Source: Candidatus Nanohaloarchaea archaeon (lineage in GTDB: Archaea > Nanohalarchaeota > Nanosalinia > Nanosalinales > Nanosalinaceae). Taken from it: a DNA stretch of 17,656 bases. Both the position numbers and the translations under genes were made by a program. The notes beneath the pieces were generated by a model. The model saw only the letters and a program-made list of their open reading frames with translations. It was not told the DNA's origin and made no database searches. The stretch lies in assembly GCA_046497485.1 (NCBI GenBank), contig JAWOFP010000064.1, forward strand, positions 1-17,656, written 5' to 3'. Below are positions 1 to 7,878 of the stretch, piece after piece (the stretch's first letter is position 1; each line of letters opens with the position of its first letter).

Positions 1-1031
1 TTCATATTTGCCCCAAGCAAGGTTAGATAAATATTCTGAATCCCTAAGTCTGGTAGTTGGAGTCCTACAGCTGATGTCTGGAGAATGAAACTGTATAATG
101 ATTGAGCCACGCCTGTAAAGACCATTACGAAGGAAGTAATAATTAGAGCTGGCATAATTACGAGCATAGGGAGCTGTAGAGTTCCAAAGTAGCCATATTT
201 CTTGTTGAAAAACATTTCTTTATACTTCCAACCGTTGTAAATAAATCCACGCGACCATCTTACTCTCTGATTATATAGACCTTTGAAAGTAGCCGGAAAA
301 TCAGTGTAAGAGCTGTCAAAATAAATCATCTCGAACATCTTGCCGCTTTTTCTAAGCTTGAACGCCATTTCAAGATCTTCAGTCAAATTTCCTACATCAA
401 ACCCTCCAACACTTTTCACATCAGAAGTTCTGTAGATAGAAAACGCTCCAGGAGTAACATTCAATGTATTAATTTCTGTCATCAGCATCCTATAGAAGTT
501 TGTAAGCTGATACTCAACCGTTTGAAGTCTTCTAATAAAATTATCGGCTTTAAGAGGCTTAATTGAAGCAATAACAGCTCCAAGGCCTTTATCATTTTCC
601 ATATTGGTAACTGCTTTGTACAGTAGCTGGTTCTCAATCTTTGAGTCAGCATCCTGAACAACGACATAATCTCCTGAGGCCTCTTCCAACCCAGTGTTCA
701 GAGCCGCGGCTTTCCCTTTGTTAACTTCGTGTTCAAGAATATTTATTTTGTCAGAGGCGTATTTTTTCGCTTTTTCCAAGGTGTCATCTGTAGAGGCATC
801 ATTTACGAAAAGTACATCATAATCAGGATAATCTAGTTCTTTAACAGAGTTCAAGGCCTCTTCAACTACCTCTGACTCGTTATATGCAGGCATCAAAATT
901 GTGACAGAAGGGTAACTTTCCAGCTCTTCTACTTTTTCTTCTCTGTCTTTTACAGAAGAGTAAATACTTAGATAGAATACTGATAGGAACACTGATGAAA
1001 ATATGAGCAGCCATGCGATGTAAAGTATCAT
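1..1031 (-). CDS. Processive GT2-family glycosyltransferase (cellulose synthase/PgaC-IcaA-like), 3' end beyond the window edge
   Basis: Absent from the ORF track because it has no stop inside the window. Translated by hand from ATG 1031, it stays open for 343 codons: N-terminal TM (MILYIAWLLIFSSVFLSVFYL), PSVTILMPAYNE, VNDASTD, NKGKAAALN, QDAD, TED and QRVRW (the D,D,D,QxxRW signature), followed by hydrophobic segments. Confidence 0.9.
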   Translation of the reverse strand, partial: MILYIAWLLIFSSVFLSVFYLSIYSSVKDREEKVEELESYPSVTILMPAYNESEVVEEALNSVKELDYPDYDVLFVNDASTDDTLEKAKKYASDKINILEHEVNKGKAAALNTGLEEASGDYVVVQDADSKIENQLLYKAVTNMENDKGLGAVIASIKPLKADNFIRRLQTVEYQLTNFYRMLMTEINTLNVTPGAFSIYRTSDVKSVGGFDVGNLTEDLEMAFKLRKSGKMFEMIYFDSSYTDFPATFKGLYNQRVRWSRGFIYNGWKYKEMFFNKKYGYFGTLQLPMLVIMPALIITSFVMVFTGVAQSLYSFILQTSAVGLQLPDLGIQNIYLTLLGANM

Positions 1032-1035
1032 AGAT

Positions 1036-2232
1036 TTAGTTCTTCATGATCTCTCTTAGGAATACTGTTGCGTAGCATCCCTTCGGAAGATCAAAGCTTA
1101 CAGTCATCTTATTCCTCCCCATATTCAAGTCATCGTCTTCAACTTCTAAAATATCAAAGTTCCTGAAGTCAGCGAACGCCCTTCTGTAGCTGCCTTCACT
1201 TCTAAGTTCCGGTAGCTCCTGCATCCTGAAGTCTTCCTGAGAGACCCCTTCTTCTTCAAGCACTTCTTTCATCAAGTTCTCAGGCCTGTTGTCCTTTAGA
1301 TCTGTTTTGTAACCTACAAGAGGGATTTCATATTTCTCATCATACCATCCTTCCTCAACCAGCTGGGACAGAACTTTGTTGTAGACCCATGACTGATATG
1401 CATGAATAAACAATGTTTGTAGGCCTTCAGGCAGCCTTTTGATAGCTCCTTTGTAGTCTCCCGGATTTTTAGTTAAATGGTATAGAAGAGATTTCTCATG
1501 GTTGAATTTTTCAGGTATTCTTTCTGCAGCGCCCTCTACTTCACGAGTTTCCCACAGATCCTTCCTGACCTTTCTAATAGATTTATACTCTGATTCATAC
1601 GGCTTAGCAATATATGTCCAGACTGCTTCCTCATAATTTCCTCTAAGTAGAAGTCTTCCTACTTGATGGGTGATAGGCCTAGCGCTCCCGAATCTCTGTC
1701 TTCCAAAGTAGTTAGGCATCTTGCCGTCCATCTTTTCTACAGTTTTCAGAGAAGTATTACGGATATTTTCAATCGGAAGCATCAGATCTCTAACAGTGAT
1801 TTCAAATCTGTTAGCCATCAGGTTTCCGAGGCCTATATGACCTCCTTTTCCTATAACTTCTAGATCAAATTCATCTGTGAAAACTTGGTTTACATCCTCT
1901 TCTTCTACACCTTTGATAGAAATATACTGTTCTGTAACTGCCCTTTTATCCTTGTTTCCTGCGTAACCAATTCGTTTCCGAGAAATATGCAGCATCTTAG
2001 AAAGCTTGTTTATAGCCTGTAAAGTAGTCATGTTCTGCTTTCGCAGCTTTACAATTAGATGCTCTCCTTCTCCATCAGTATCATGCTTTGCAAGCTCCTG
2101 AACTATAAAATCGTTTACCTGCTCTTTAATCTCTCCGCTTATTCCAGGCGTATCAGTATAGTGAGCCCAGTCCATATCTGTTAAGTCCAGTTCTGCAAAT
2201 TCTTCAACTTCTTCTTCCTGTTCTTGATTCAT
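1036..2232 (-). CDS. truD: tRNA pseudouridine(13) synthase TruD
   Basis: Motifs DFIVQE, YAGNKDKRAVTEQ (catalytic Asp), GNLMANRFEITVR, PNYFGRQRFG and C-terminal FDLPKGCYATVFLREIMK. Its ATG overlaps the pth2 stop (ATGA). Confidence 0.95.
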   Translation of the reverse strand: MNQEQEEEVEEFAELDLTDMDWAHYTDTPGISGEIKEQVNDFIVQELAKHDTDGEGEHLIVKLRKQNMTTLQAINKLSKMLHISRKRIGYAGNKDKRAVTEQYISIKGVEEEDVNQVFTDEFDLEVIGKGGHIGLGNLMANRFEITVRDLMLPIENIRNTSLKTVEKMDGKMPNYFGRQRFGSARPITHQVGRLLLRGNYEEAVWTYIAKPYESEYKSIRKVRKDLWETREVEGAAERIPEKFNHEKSLLYHLTKNPGDYKGAIKRLPEGLQTLFIHAYQSWVYNKVLSQLVEEGWYDEKYEIPLVGYKTDLKDNRPENLMKEVLEEEGVSQEDFRMQELPELRSEGSYRRAFADFRNFDILEVEDDDLNMGRNKMTVSFDLPKGCYATVFLREIMKN

Positions 2233-2573
2233 TTAACCAATGTCAACTCCGAAGTAATCTTATCAATTTTTGATGATTCTGCCGGTCCTAGGCCTAGAGC
2301 CGTTGCGGTTCCAGGCTCGACTTCAGTATGGCCGGCATCTTTTACTTTGTAATGAGGTATATTAAGTCTTTCAGCACCCATAATCAAATCTTGGAAGCTT
2401 TTCTCACCCTTATCAAGTATAATTTTCTTAGCGCCCTGTGAACCCCAGTCTTTTCTCAAATCTTCATCCACTTTTTTATATGCGTTAAGCGATGCGTGTG
2501 AGGCCTGAGCTGCTAATTTACCTTTGCTCATCCCCAGAGATTCATCGATTACAATCACTTGTTTTAAATCCAT
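2229..2573 (-). CDS. pth2: Peptidyl-tRNA hydrolase, archaeal/eukaryotic Pth2 type
   Basis: KQVIVI..LGMSKGKLAAQASHAS, KKIIL, DAGHTEVEPGTATALGLGP; 114 aa. Confidence 0.95.
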   Translation of the reverse strand: MDLKQVIVIDESLGMSKGKLAAQASHASLNAYKKVDEDLRKDWGSQGAKKIILDKGEKSFQDLIMGAERLNIPHYKVKDAGHTEVEPGTATALGLGPAESSKIDKITSELTLVK

Positions 2574-2666
2574 TTTAGTCCTAGAGCACCCACAACTAAA
2601 TACTTACATCCAATATTTATTTACCTTTCGGTGATAAATACCTCTAATTGTTATTTGGATACGCTA

Positions 2667-2740
2667 TGGGTTCGCCCAGATTCGAACTGGGGATCTTCGC
2701 CTTGTAAGGGCGACGTCATAACCAACTAGACCACGAACCC
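2667..2740 (-). tRNA. tRNA-Val(UAC), intronless, CCA not encoded
   Basis: Reverse complement folds as GGGTTCG-TG-GTC TAGTTGGTTAT GAC-G-TCGCC CTTACAA GGCGA-AGATC-CCCAG TTCGAAT CTGGG-CGAACCC-A. Anticodon TAC, discriminator A. Confidence 0.97.
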
Positions 2741-2763
2741 GCATTATAGGCCTTTCAATGAAG

Positions 2764-2771
2764 CTTTAAAA
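2764..2771 (-). promoter_or_regulatory. TATA box of tRNA-Val
   Basis: TTTTAAAG at -31..-24 from the mature tRNA 5' end. Confidence 0.6.
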
Positions 2772-2780
2772 GACCGTCCA

Positions 2781-5700
2781 TCAAATCTCCTGATCAAGTA
2801 TAGGATCAAAAACCTTATCTTCAGACTTAAAGTAAGGATAATAAACCCTATAAACTTTCCCAGAGTACTCGGACTCCACAGAGCTCTTCTCAACATTATA
2901 ATCAATCAAATCATCCGCTACAACAGCATCTTCTTCTCTTTCGACTTCTAAAACCGATTCAACAGCCTCACCCTCGCTCACCAAACCTTTCTCCTCTAAA
3001 GAATCGATTCTTGTCGAAACCTTAGCCAAACTGATGCCTAACTCATCGGAAATACCAGCTTGGTCGAGGCCTTCACTCAAAAGATCTAAAACTTCGTCCT
3101 CAGATTCAGAAGGCTTCTCACGAGAGGCCTTAATCTCTCCTTTGACACCATCAATTAGAACTTCTTTTTCATCTGTATCTACAAGATAGAGAGGATAGTA
3201 AGCAGTAGCAAATTTCTCTCCATAGGTAGATTCTATCTCCTGAATATCTTTAAGCGGAGAGAAAAATTCAATATCTTTCTGCTCTACATAAGTATCGGCT
3301 GTCTGAGTCTCTCCACCATGCATGGACTTTCTCACTCTTACATCCGTCATCACCGGATAATCATTTCCGAGCAGAAATGCGACTCCAGGCGGCAACGACT
3401 TAATCATATCCTCCACCTCAGAAGTAACACCTTCAAACGACTTTGAAATAGCCTTCAAATCATTAGGATTAGTAACCCGTAGAATAAACTGAGTATTAGC
3501 CTGAGAAAGCACATTCTTATCGATTCGAGCAGGCCTCTGAGAAATAACTCCGATACCCAATCCAAATTTACGTCCTTCCGAAGCAATCTTCCTCATAATC
3601 GGATTTGAGACCGCTTGGCCAAAGCCTTTCTCAGGCACAAAGTTATGAGCCTCCTCAATCACCATGATAAACGGAGGAATCCTATTCTTCTTCCTTAAAT
3701 CGAACAATTTCTTTGCCAGCATGTAAGCAGTCATTTCAGTTGGCTCAGGCTCAACTGCCTTCAAATTAATTATAGTGGCTCTTCCTGGCTCCACTAAATC
3801 CTTGAGATCGATGGGATTTTCTGAGAACAGGCCTGACTCCTCAAGCTGCTCCAAGTAATTTAGTAAGTTCCATTTAGCAGTAGAATCTTCCTGACTTACA
3901 GCATCCTGAATATCCAGCAAATTATAATCGTCTTCTTTATCTTTCAAGTGCTTTAAAGCATTGTAAAGCACCCCCATCTGTGAATTAGTCAATGAATCCG
4001 GAATCAGTGTAGTAAGCTCTTTTTTATCCAAGTTCACAGATGAAAACTGTAGTGGTAAGGCCTCACGATTAATATCGGTATTAGGAGAGTATTCCTTTAC
4101 TTCATAACTATCAGGCTCATCGCTGTCCGGATTAGGCTTTTTCAAAGAAGAGTACTCTCCGTGAGGATCCAAGACCAGTACAGGAAAATCTGCTTCAAGC
4201 ATCTCCTCAATTAAAACTCCCACAGTGTAGCTATTATGAGACACTATACCTCCTCTTCCCGCAATAAAGTTATGATGATCTCTAACTGTGATATCGTAAA
4301 CATATCCATCATGACTTACTTCTTCAATTGATACTATCTTATCCCAAAATAAATCTGAGTCCGCCAGATTTGAATAGAGCTCAGAGTCCAAATGCTCGGA
4401 CATTTCGCTCATTTTTTCTCTTGCAGGCCTTCTCTCATTACGTTCATAGAGCGAGATAAGTGTGGAATGAACTCCAATTTTCTCTCCTAGCTTAGCTTGA
4501 GAAAGACCTAGTTTACTTCTTTCCTTCTTTAGATACTCTCCTTCAACAGGGATCACATCGACATTTGTGTTGCCTTCCTTGGTCGCAAGATAATTCTCCA
4601 ATCTTTCTTGCTTCCTATCGATTCCAAAACCTATTTGTTTTGAAAATCTCTGCATCTGCTTAACTCCGCTGATAGCTATCCGATAGTAAATATCGCCTTC
4701 GTGATCGGAATTAGTTGCTTGCTTTTCACGGGAAGAGATTCTAGAGACAATGCCAAATTCCAAAAGCATGTAGCTTATCTGATTAATCATTTCCTCACTA
4801 GCAGAAGACAAAGTAATCTCATGATCCTCCATAGAACCCTCGCAGTCAAAGAAAGCTCGTAAAAACTTTCTCTTAGGCCTCCTAGATGAAGTCATTACGC
4901 ACTTAGGAACGGATTTTGACCTTGATTTCTGCAAAGTTTCATATCCAACTTCCTCCAGAAAGTGTTTTAATGAAATAGAGTCTATATACGAAGCATTTTT
5001 TCTCATTTTTGACGGTTCAAGATTAAAGAGCTCTGAGCCAAGCTCCTCAAACTTCTTCATCAAACCTTCGTTATTGTTTGTGAAAATAATCCTATAACTA
5101 TTCTCTTGTTGCTCAGTACCCTCTGCCAGGATTAGCGCCAGAAATTCTGTTAGATCTGCATTAATATACTTAGGAGTATTTAAGGCCTTCATTCTTTCTC
5201 CTATAACAAATCCTTGTCCAACCTCAGGCCTACTCCCTTGGTATTTCCATTTTTCTAAAGTGCTCTTGTTCACTCCCAGTTTTTCCGATATTCTGGATAC
5301 TGAGCTTTCATCTTCTACAAGTTCTTTAAATTCGTCAAAATTCTTGGCAAGCTTCTGCCTTCTCTCATTTTCAGAATCTATCTTGTTTGTAATATCTTCA
5401 GAGAACTGGATATTATCAGTTGATTTAAAATCTGTTTTACGAGGAACCGCAACATGCATCCCTTCATCCACTTCTGAGGCCTCAACAAAATCGTAACTAT
5501 TCTCTGCAACCATCAATGGATGTTCCTCTGTTACTTCTATCTCTCTACCAGACTCAGTCTTAATCCTTAAAATTTTATCACACTTTTTACGGTATGCATA
5601 AACTGCGTCTGCATCTACAATTTCAAATTCGTCATTAACGGCCTTAATAGAGCAATCATTAACTGTTCTAAGCTCTTCATCTTCGGACTCCTTAACAGTT

Positions 5701-6182
5701 GAATTAGAATTTTCAAAAATTTTCTTAATGTTCTTCAATGACCCATCACTCATTAAAATATCTGTATCAGGAGTTACGCACTTCCCTGCTCCGGTTTGGG
5801 CTAAGACCGCAAAATGCTTGTAGAAGTCGTCAGGATCTACCATTATGTCTATATCTGGATTAGTTTCCAAGTTACCGACTCTAAGGCCTTTCTCATTCAG
5901 TCCTAAAGTATCGGAGATAAGTTCTTGATCCGCTTCATAGATGATTGAGTCAGGATCTATAACATGTCTAGGAGCTCTTGTAAGGCCTTTATCCCTATAT
6001 CCAATTATATTTGCGGTAGCTGTTGTTTCTCCGTCTTTATGTTTAGTTACTTGATCAACTTGAGCTAAAATCCATTTATCGTTGCTTTTCACTGATACAA
6101 AGTCGAATTTCCCTACTTTTTCAGTCGCTCTGAACTTGAAAGAAGAGGTGTTTACATCGCCTTCAATTACTCCTACTTGCAT
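2781..6182 (-). CDS. HerA/DUF87-family (FtsK-HerA) ATPase precursor containing an intein; spliced product about 617 aa with a C-terminal winged-helix extension
   Basis: N-terminal HAS-barrel-like region; KHFAVLAQTGAGK|SYT Walker A split by the intein; VLVLDPHGEY; Walker B MVIEEAHNF; IASEGRKFG; ISQRPA; LSQANTQ. Confidence 0.9.
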   Translation of the reverse strand: MQVGVIEGDVNTSSFKFRATEKVGKFDFVSVKSNDKWILAQVDQVTKHKDGETTATANIIGYRDKGLTRAPRHVIDPDSIIYEADQELISDTLGLNEKGLRVGNLETNPDIDIMVDPDDFYKHFAVLAQTGAGKCVTPDTDILMSDGSLKNIKKIFENSNSTVKESEDEELRTVNDCSIKAVNDEFEIVDADAVYAYRKKCDKILRIKTESGREIEVTEEHPLMVAENSYDFVEASEVDEGMHVAVPRKTDFKSTDNIQFSEDITNKIDSENERRQKLAKNFDEFKELVEDESSVSRISEKLGVNKSTLEKWKYQGSRPEVGQGFVIGERMKALNTPKYINADLTEFLALILAEGTEQQENSYRIIFTNNNEGLMKKFEELGSELFNLEPSKMRKNASYIDSISLKHFLEEVGYETLQKSRSKSVPKCVMTSSRRPKRKFLRAFFDCEGSMEDHEITLSSASEEMINQISYMLLEFGIVSRISSREKQATNSDHEGDIYYRIAISGVKQMQRFSKQIGFGIDRKQERLENYLATKEGNTNVDVIPVEGEYLKKERSKLGLSQAKLGEKIGVHSTLISLYERNERRPAREKMSEMSEHLDSELYSNLADSDLFWDKIVSIEEVSHDGYVYDITVRDHHNFIAGRGGIVSHNSYTVGVLIEEMLEADFPVLVLDPHGEYSSLKKPNPDSDEPDSYEVKEYSPNTDINREALPLQFSSVNLDKKELTTLIPDSLTNSQMGVLYNALKHLKDKEDDYNLLDIQDAVSQEDSTAKWNLLNYLEQLEESGLFSENPIDLKDLVEPGRATIINLKAVEPEPTEMTAYMLAKKLFDLRKKNRIPPFIMVIEEAHNFVPEKGFGQAVSNPIMRKIASEGRKFGLGIGVISQRPARIDKNVLSQANTQFILRVTNPNDLKAISKSFEGVTSEVEDMIKSLPPGVAFLLGNDYPVMTDVRVRKSMHGGETQTADTYVEQKDIEFFSPLKDIQEIESTYGEKFATAYYPLYLVDTDEKEVLIDGVKGEIKASREKPSESEDEVLDLLSEGLDQAGISDELGISLAKVSTRIDSLEEKGLVSEGEAVESVLEVEREEDAVVADDLIDYNVEKSSVESEYSGKVYRVYYPYFKSEDKVFDPILDQEI
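4233..5780 (-). mobile_element. Intein (516 aa) with LAGLIDADG homing endonuclease and two HTH-like inserts
   Basis: Begins CVTPDT (block A), has IEVTEEHPL (block B TxxH), FLALILAEG and FLRAFFDCEG (LAGLIDADG blocks C and E), YVYDITV..HHNFIA (block F), and ends SHN before Ser+1 of the extein. Removing it restores GAGKS. Confidence 0.95.
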
Positions 6183-6204
6183 ACTAAATAATCAAATCGA
6201 GAAG

Positions 6205-6212
6205 TTGATAAA
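6205..6212 (-). promoter_or_regulatory. Putative TATA box of the HerA-like gene (leaderless spacing)
   Basis: TTTATCAA at -30..-23 from ATG 6182, with AGGCCT just upstream at 6216-6221. Confidence 0.5.
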
Positions 6213-6257
6213 CTTAGGCCTAAATTCTAGCAAGAGAACAATATTTTTTGTCCAAAT

Positions 6258-7340
6258 CTAATTGATAGTGTTGTCTACTTGCGCTCCTAAAATATATTGT
6301 GCCGCTCCATTCGACTGCCTCCATGATCTAAAGGCAATCCCGCTATGCTCTGAATGAGGATTCGTATTAGAGCTCAATTCCGTCACTTGTGAACCGCCTG
6401 AATCATATATTGTAACAGTATGTGAATCTTCTTCCATCTGCATTTCCAATAAATATCTTTCATCGCTTACGAAACCGATATTATTATCGTAATCTTGTTC
6501 TCCATTCCCTCCTACTTCAAATAAGTATACCTCCTGCGAATCAAAATGGATTCTTACATCATTGTAGTTATTTGTATCCTGCCAATTATAGTTAACCCTT
6601 ACCCTATTATTCCGCGCACTTGTATCATTAGTAGCAAACCATACCTTGAACGTGTCGCCAGTCTCAGGATAATGAGGTCTTCCATCACCAGGATTTGAAT
6701 ATACTCTATCAGCATCCTGCATGTTAAACATTCTAAGCAAGTTGTTTTCTTCTACAGCGGAAACAGTAGATTCAATTGATGTATCCTCTACCGTCTCAAA
6801 ATTACCTATATTCTCATTTCCTGTATCTGTGTAACTTCCATCATCAAAATTTGCTCTTTCAAAATTGTCTACTTCAAGTGAGTCGCCTAAAGTAGTTGAA
6901 TCTTCTGTGAGTTGAAGGCCTCCGGAAATAGTACCTGAGACTGCTAAGTTCTCAAGGACTCCAGTGTCATAAATTATTTCAATATCTAATGTGTTACCGC
7001 TATTTGAAGATTCTACATTTCCTAAGGTTACAGATTCCGAACCTCCTAAGCCTATCTGCTTTTCCGACAATAATTCAGTATATCTGCCCTGTTCATCGGT
7101 AACATTAATCTCTCTTATATTAACGGAATTCCCTGCAGCATTTCTCAATATTAATTCAAAATTATCGTTTGCGGTAACTCCGAAATTATCAACTTGTATA
7201 TCTTGTCCTGTAAAACCGCTTGTAGATTCAACTACTTGATTCCCTACAACGGCAAAAACTGCCCCGCCTACAATAGCTACTACAAGCAGCATCCAACCAT
7301 AAGTCATCAAATACTCAATCGCAGACTGTCCTTTGACCAT
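6258..7340 (-). CDS. Class III signal-peptide (type IV pilin-like) surface protein with an extra C-terminal beta-rich domain
   Basis: MVKG|QSAIEYLMTYGWMLLVVAIVGGAVFAVV: Lys-Gly cleavage site, Gln+1, Glu+5, then a hydrophobic helix. An Ig/pilin-like beta region and an acidic beta-rich C-terminal domain follow. Confidence 0.85.
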   Translation of the reverse strand: MVKGQSAIEYLMTYGWMLLVVAIVGGAVFAVVGNQVVESTSGFTGQDIQVDNFGVTANDNFELILRNAAGNSVNIREINVTDEQGRYTELLSEKQIGLGGSESVTLGNVESSNSGNTLDIEIIYDTGVLENLAVSGTISGGLQLTEDSTTLGDSLEVDNFERANFDDGSYTDTGNENIGNFETVEDTSIESTVSAVEENNLLRMFNMQDADRVYSNPGDGRPHYPETGDTFKVWFATNDTSARNNRVRVNYNWQDTNNYNDVRIHFDSQEVYLFEVGGNGEQDYDNNIGFVSDERYLLEMQMEEDSHTVTIYDSGGSQVTELSSNTNPHSEHSGIAFRSWRQSNGAAQYILGAQVDNTIN

Positions 7341-7409
7341 ACCAAGATATTATTTTAGATTATTAATATAACCCTGCTTTATTTCAAACCTTTGCCACAA
7401 ATACACTTT

Positions 7410-7874
7410 ATGGATTTGAGGGAGAAAATTTCGACACCTGATTTTGATTCAGGCCTTCAAGAAAATCTTTTCTATCTAGGAGTATGCATAGTATTAGTTT
7501 CAGGCCTAGTCACTGCAAATAACATTGTAACTGACGGAGATAAACGAGTAGAGGTCGGGCCTACAGAAGTATTTAACGAGTGTAAAGGCCTAGATGTAGG
7601 AATCTGCCTAGGTATTGAACGACCTAGCCATGTGACATATGACTTTGATGACTACAATGGAACTCCTGAAGAAGGAACAGAAGAATACTACAGAAGAGTT
7701 GAAGCCGAATTAATGCTTCAAGCCTATAATATCTGTGAAGAAGACAGTCTAAGCGATATGGAATGGCTTGATCAGGCAGAGTACGATAACAGGACAGGAT
7801 CTGAATGGTATGAGATGGAAGAAATTGATTTACTTGGATGCGAGCAAACTTTCCGCTTCCAAGTAGATGAATAA
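7410..7874 (+). CDS. Hypothetical single-pass membrane protein with an acidic Cys-containing soluble domain
   Basis: ATG 7410 is preferred over TTG 7392. One TM segment (LFYLGVCIVLVSGLVTA), four Cys after it, and acidic composition like the neighbouring genes. Confidence 0.75.
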   Translation: MDLREKISTPDFDSGLQENLFYLGVCIVLVSGLVTANNIVTDGDKRVEVGPTEVFNECKGLDVGICLGIERPSHVTYDFDDYNGTPEEGTEEYYRRVEAELMLQAYNICEEDSLSDMEWLDQAEYDNRTGSEWYEMEEIDLLGCEQTFRFQVDE

Positions 7875-7878
7875 AAAC

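Noticed and set aside
482..667. 61-aa minus-strand ORF suggesting a frameshifted or fragmented gene
   Set aside because: It is an out-of-frame shadow inside the intact GT2 reading frame (1031 to the edge), which has no stop or frameshift.
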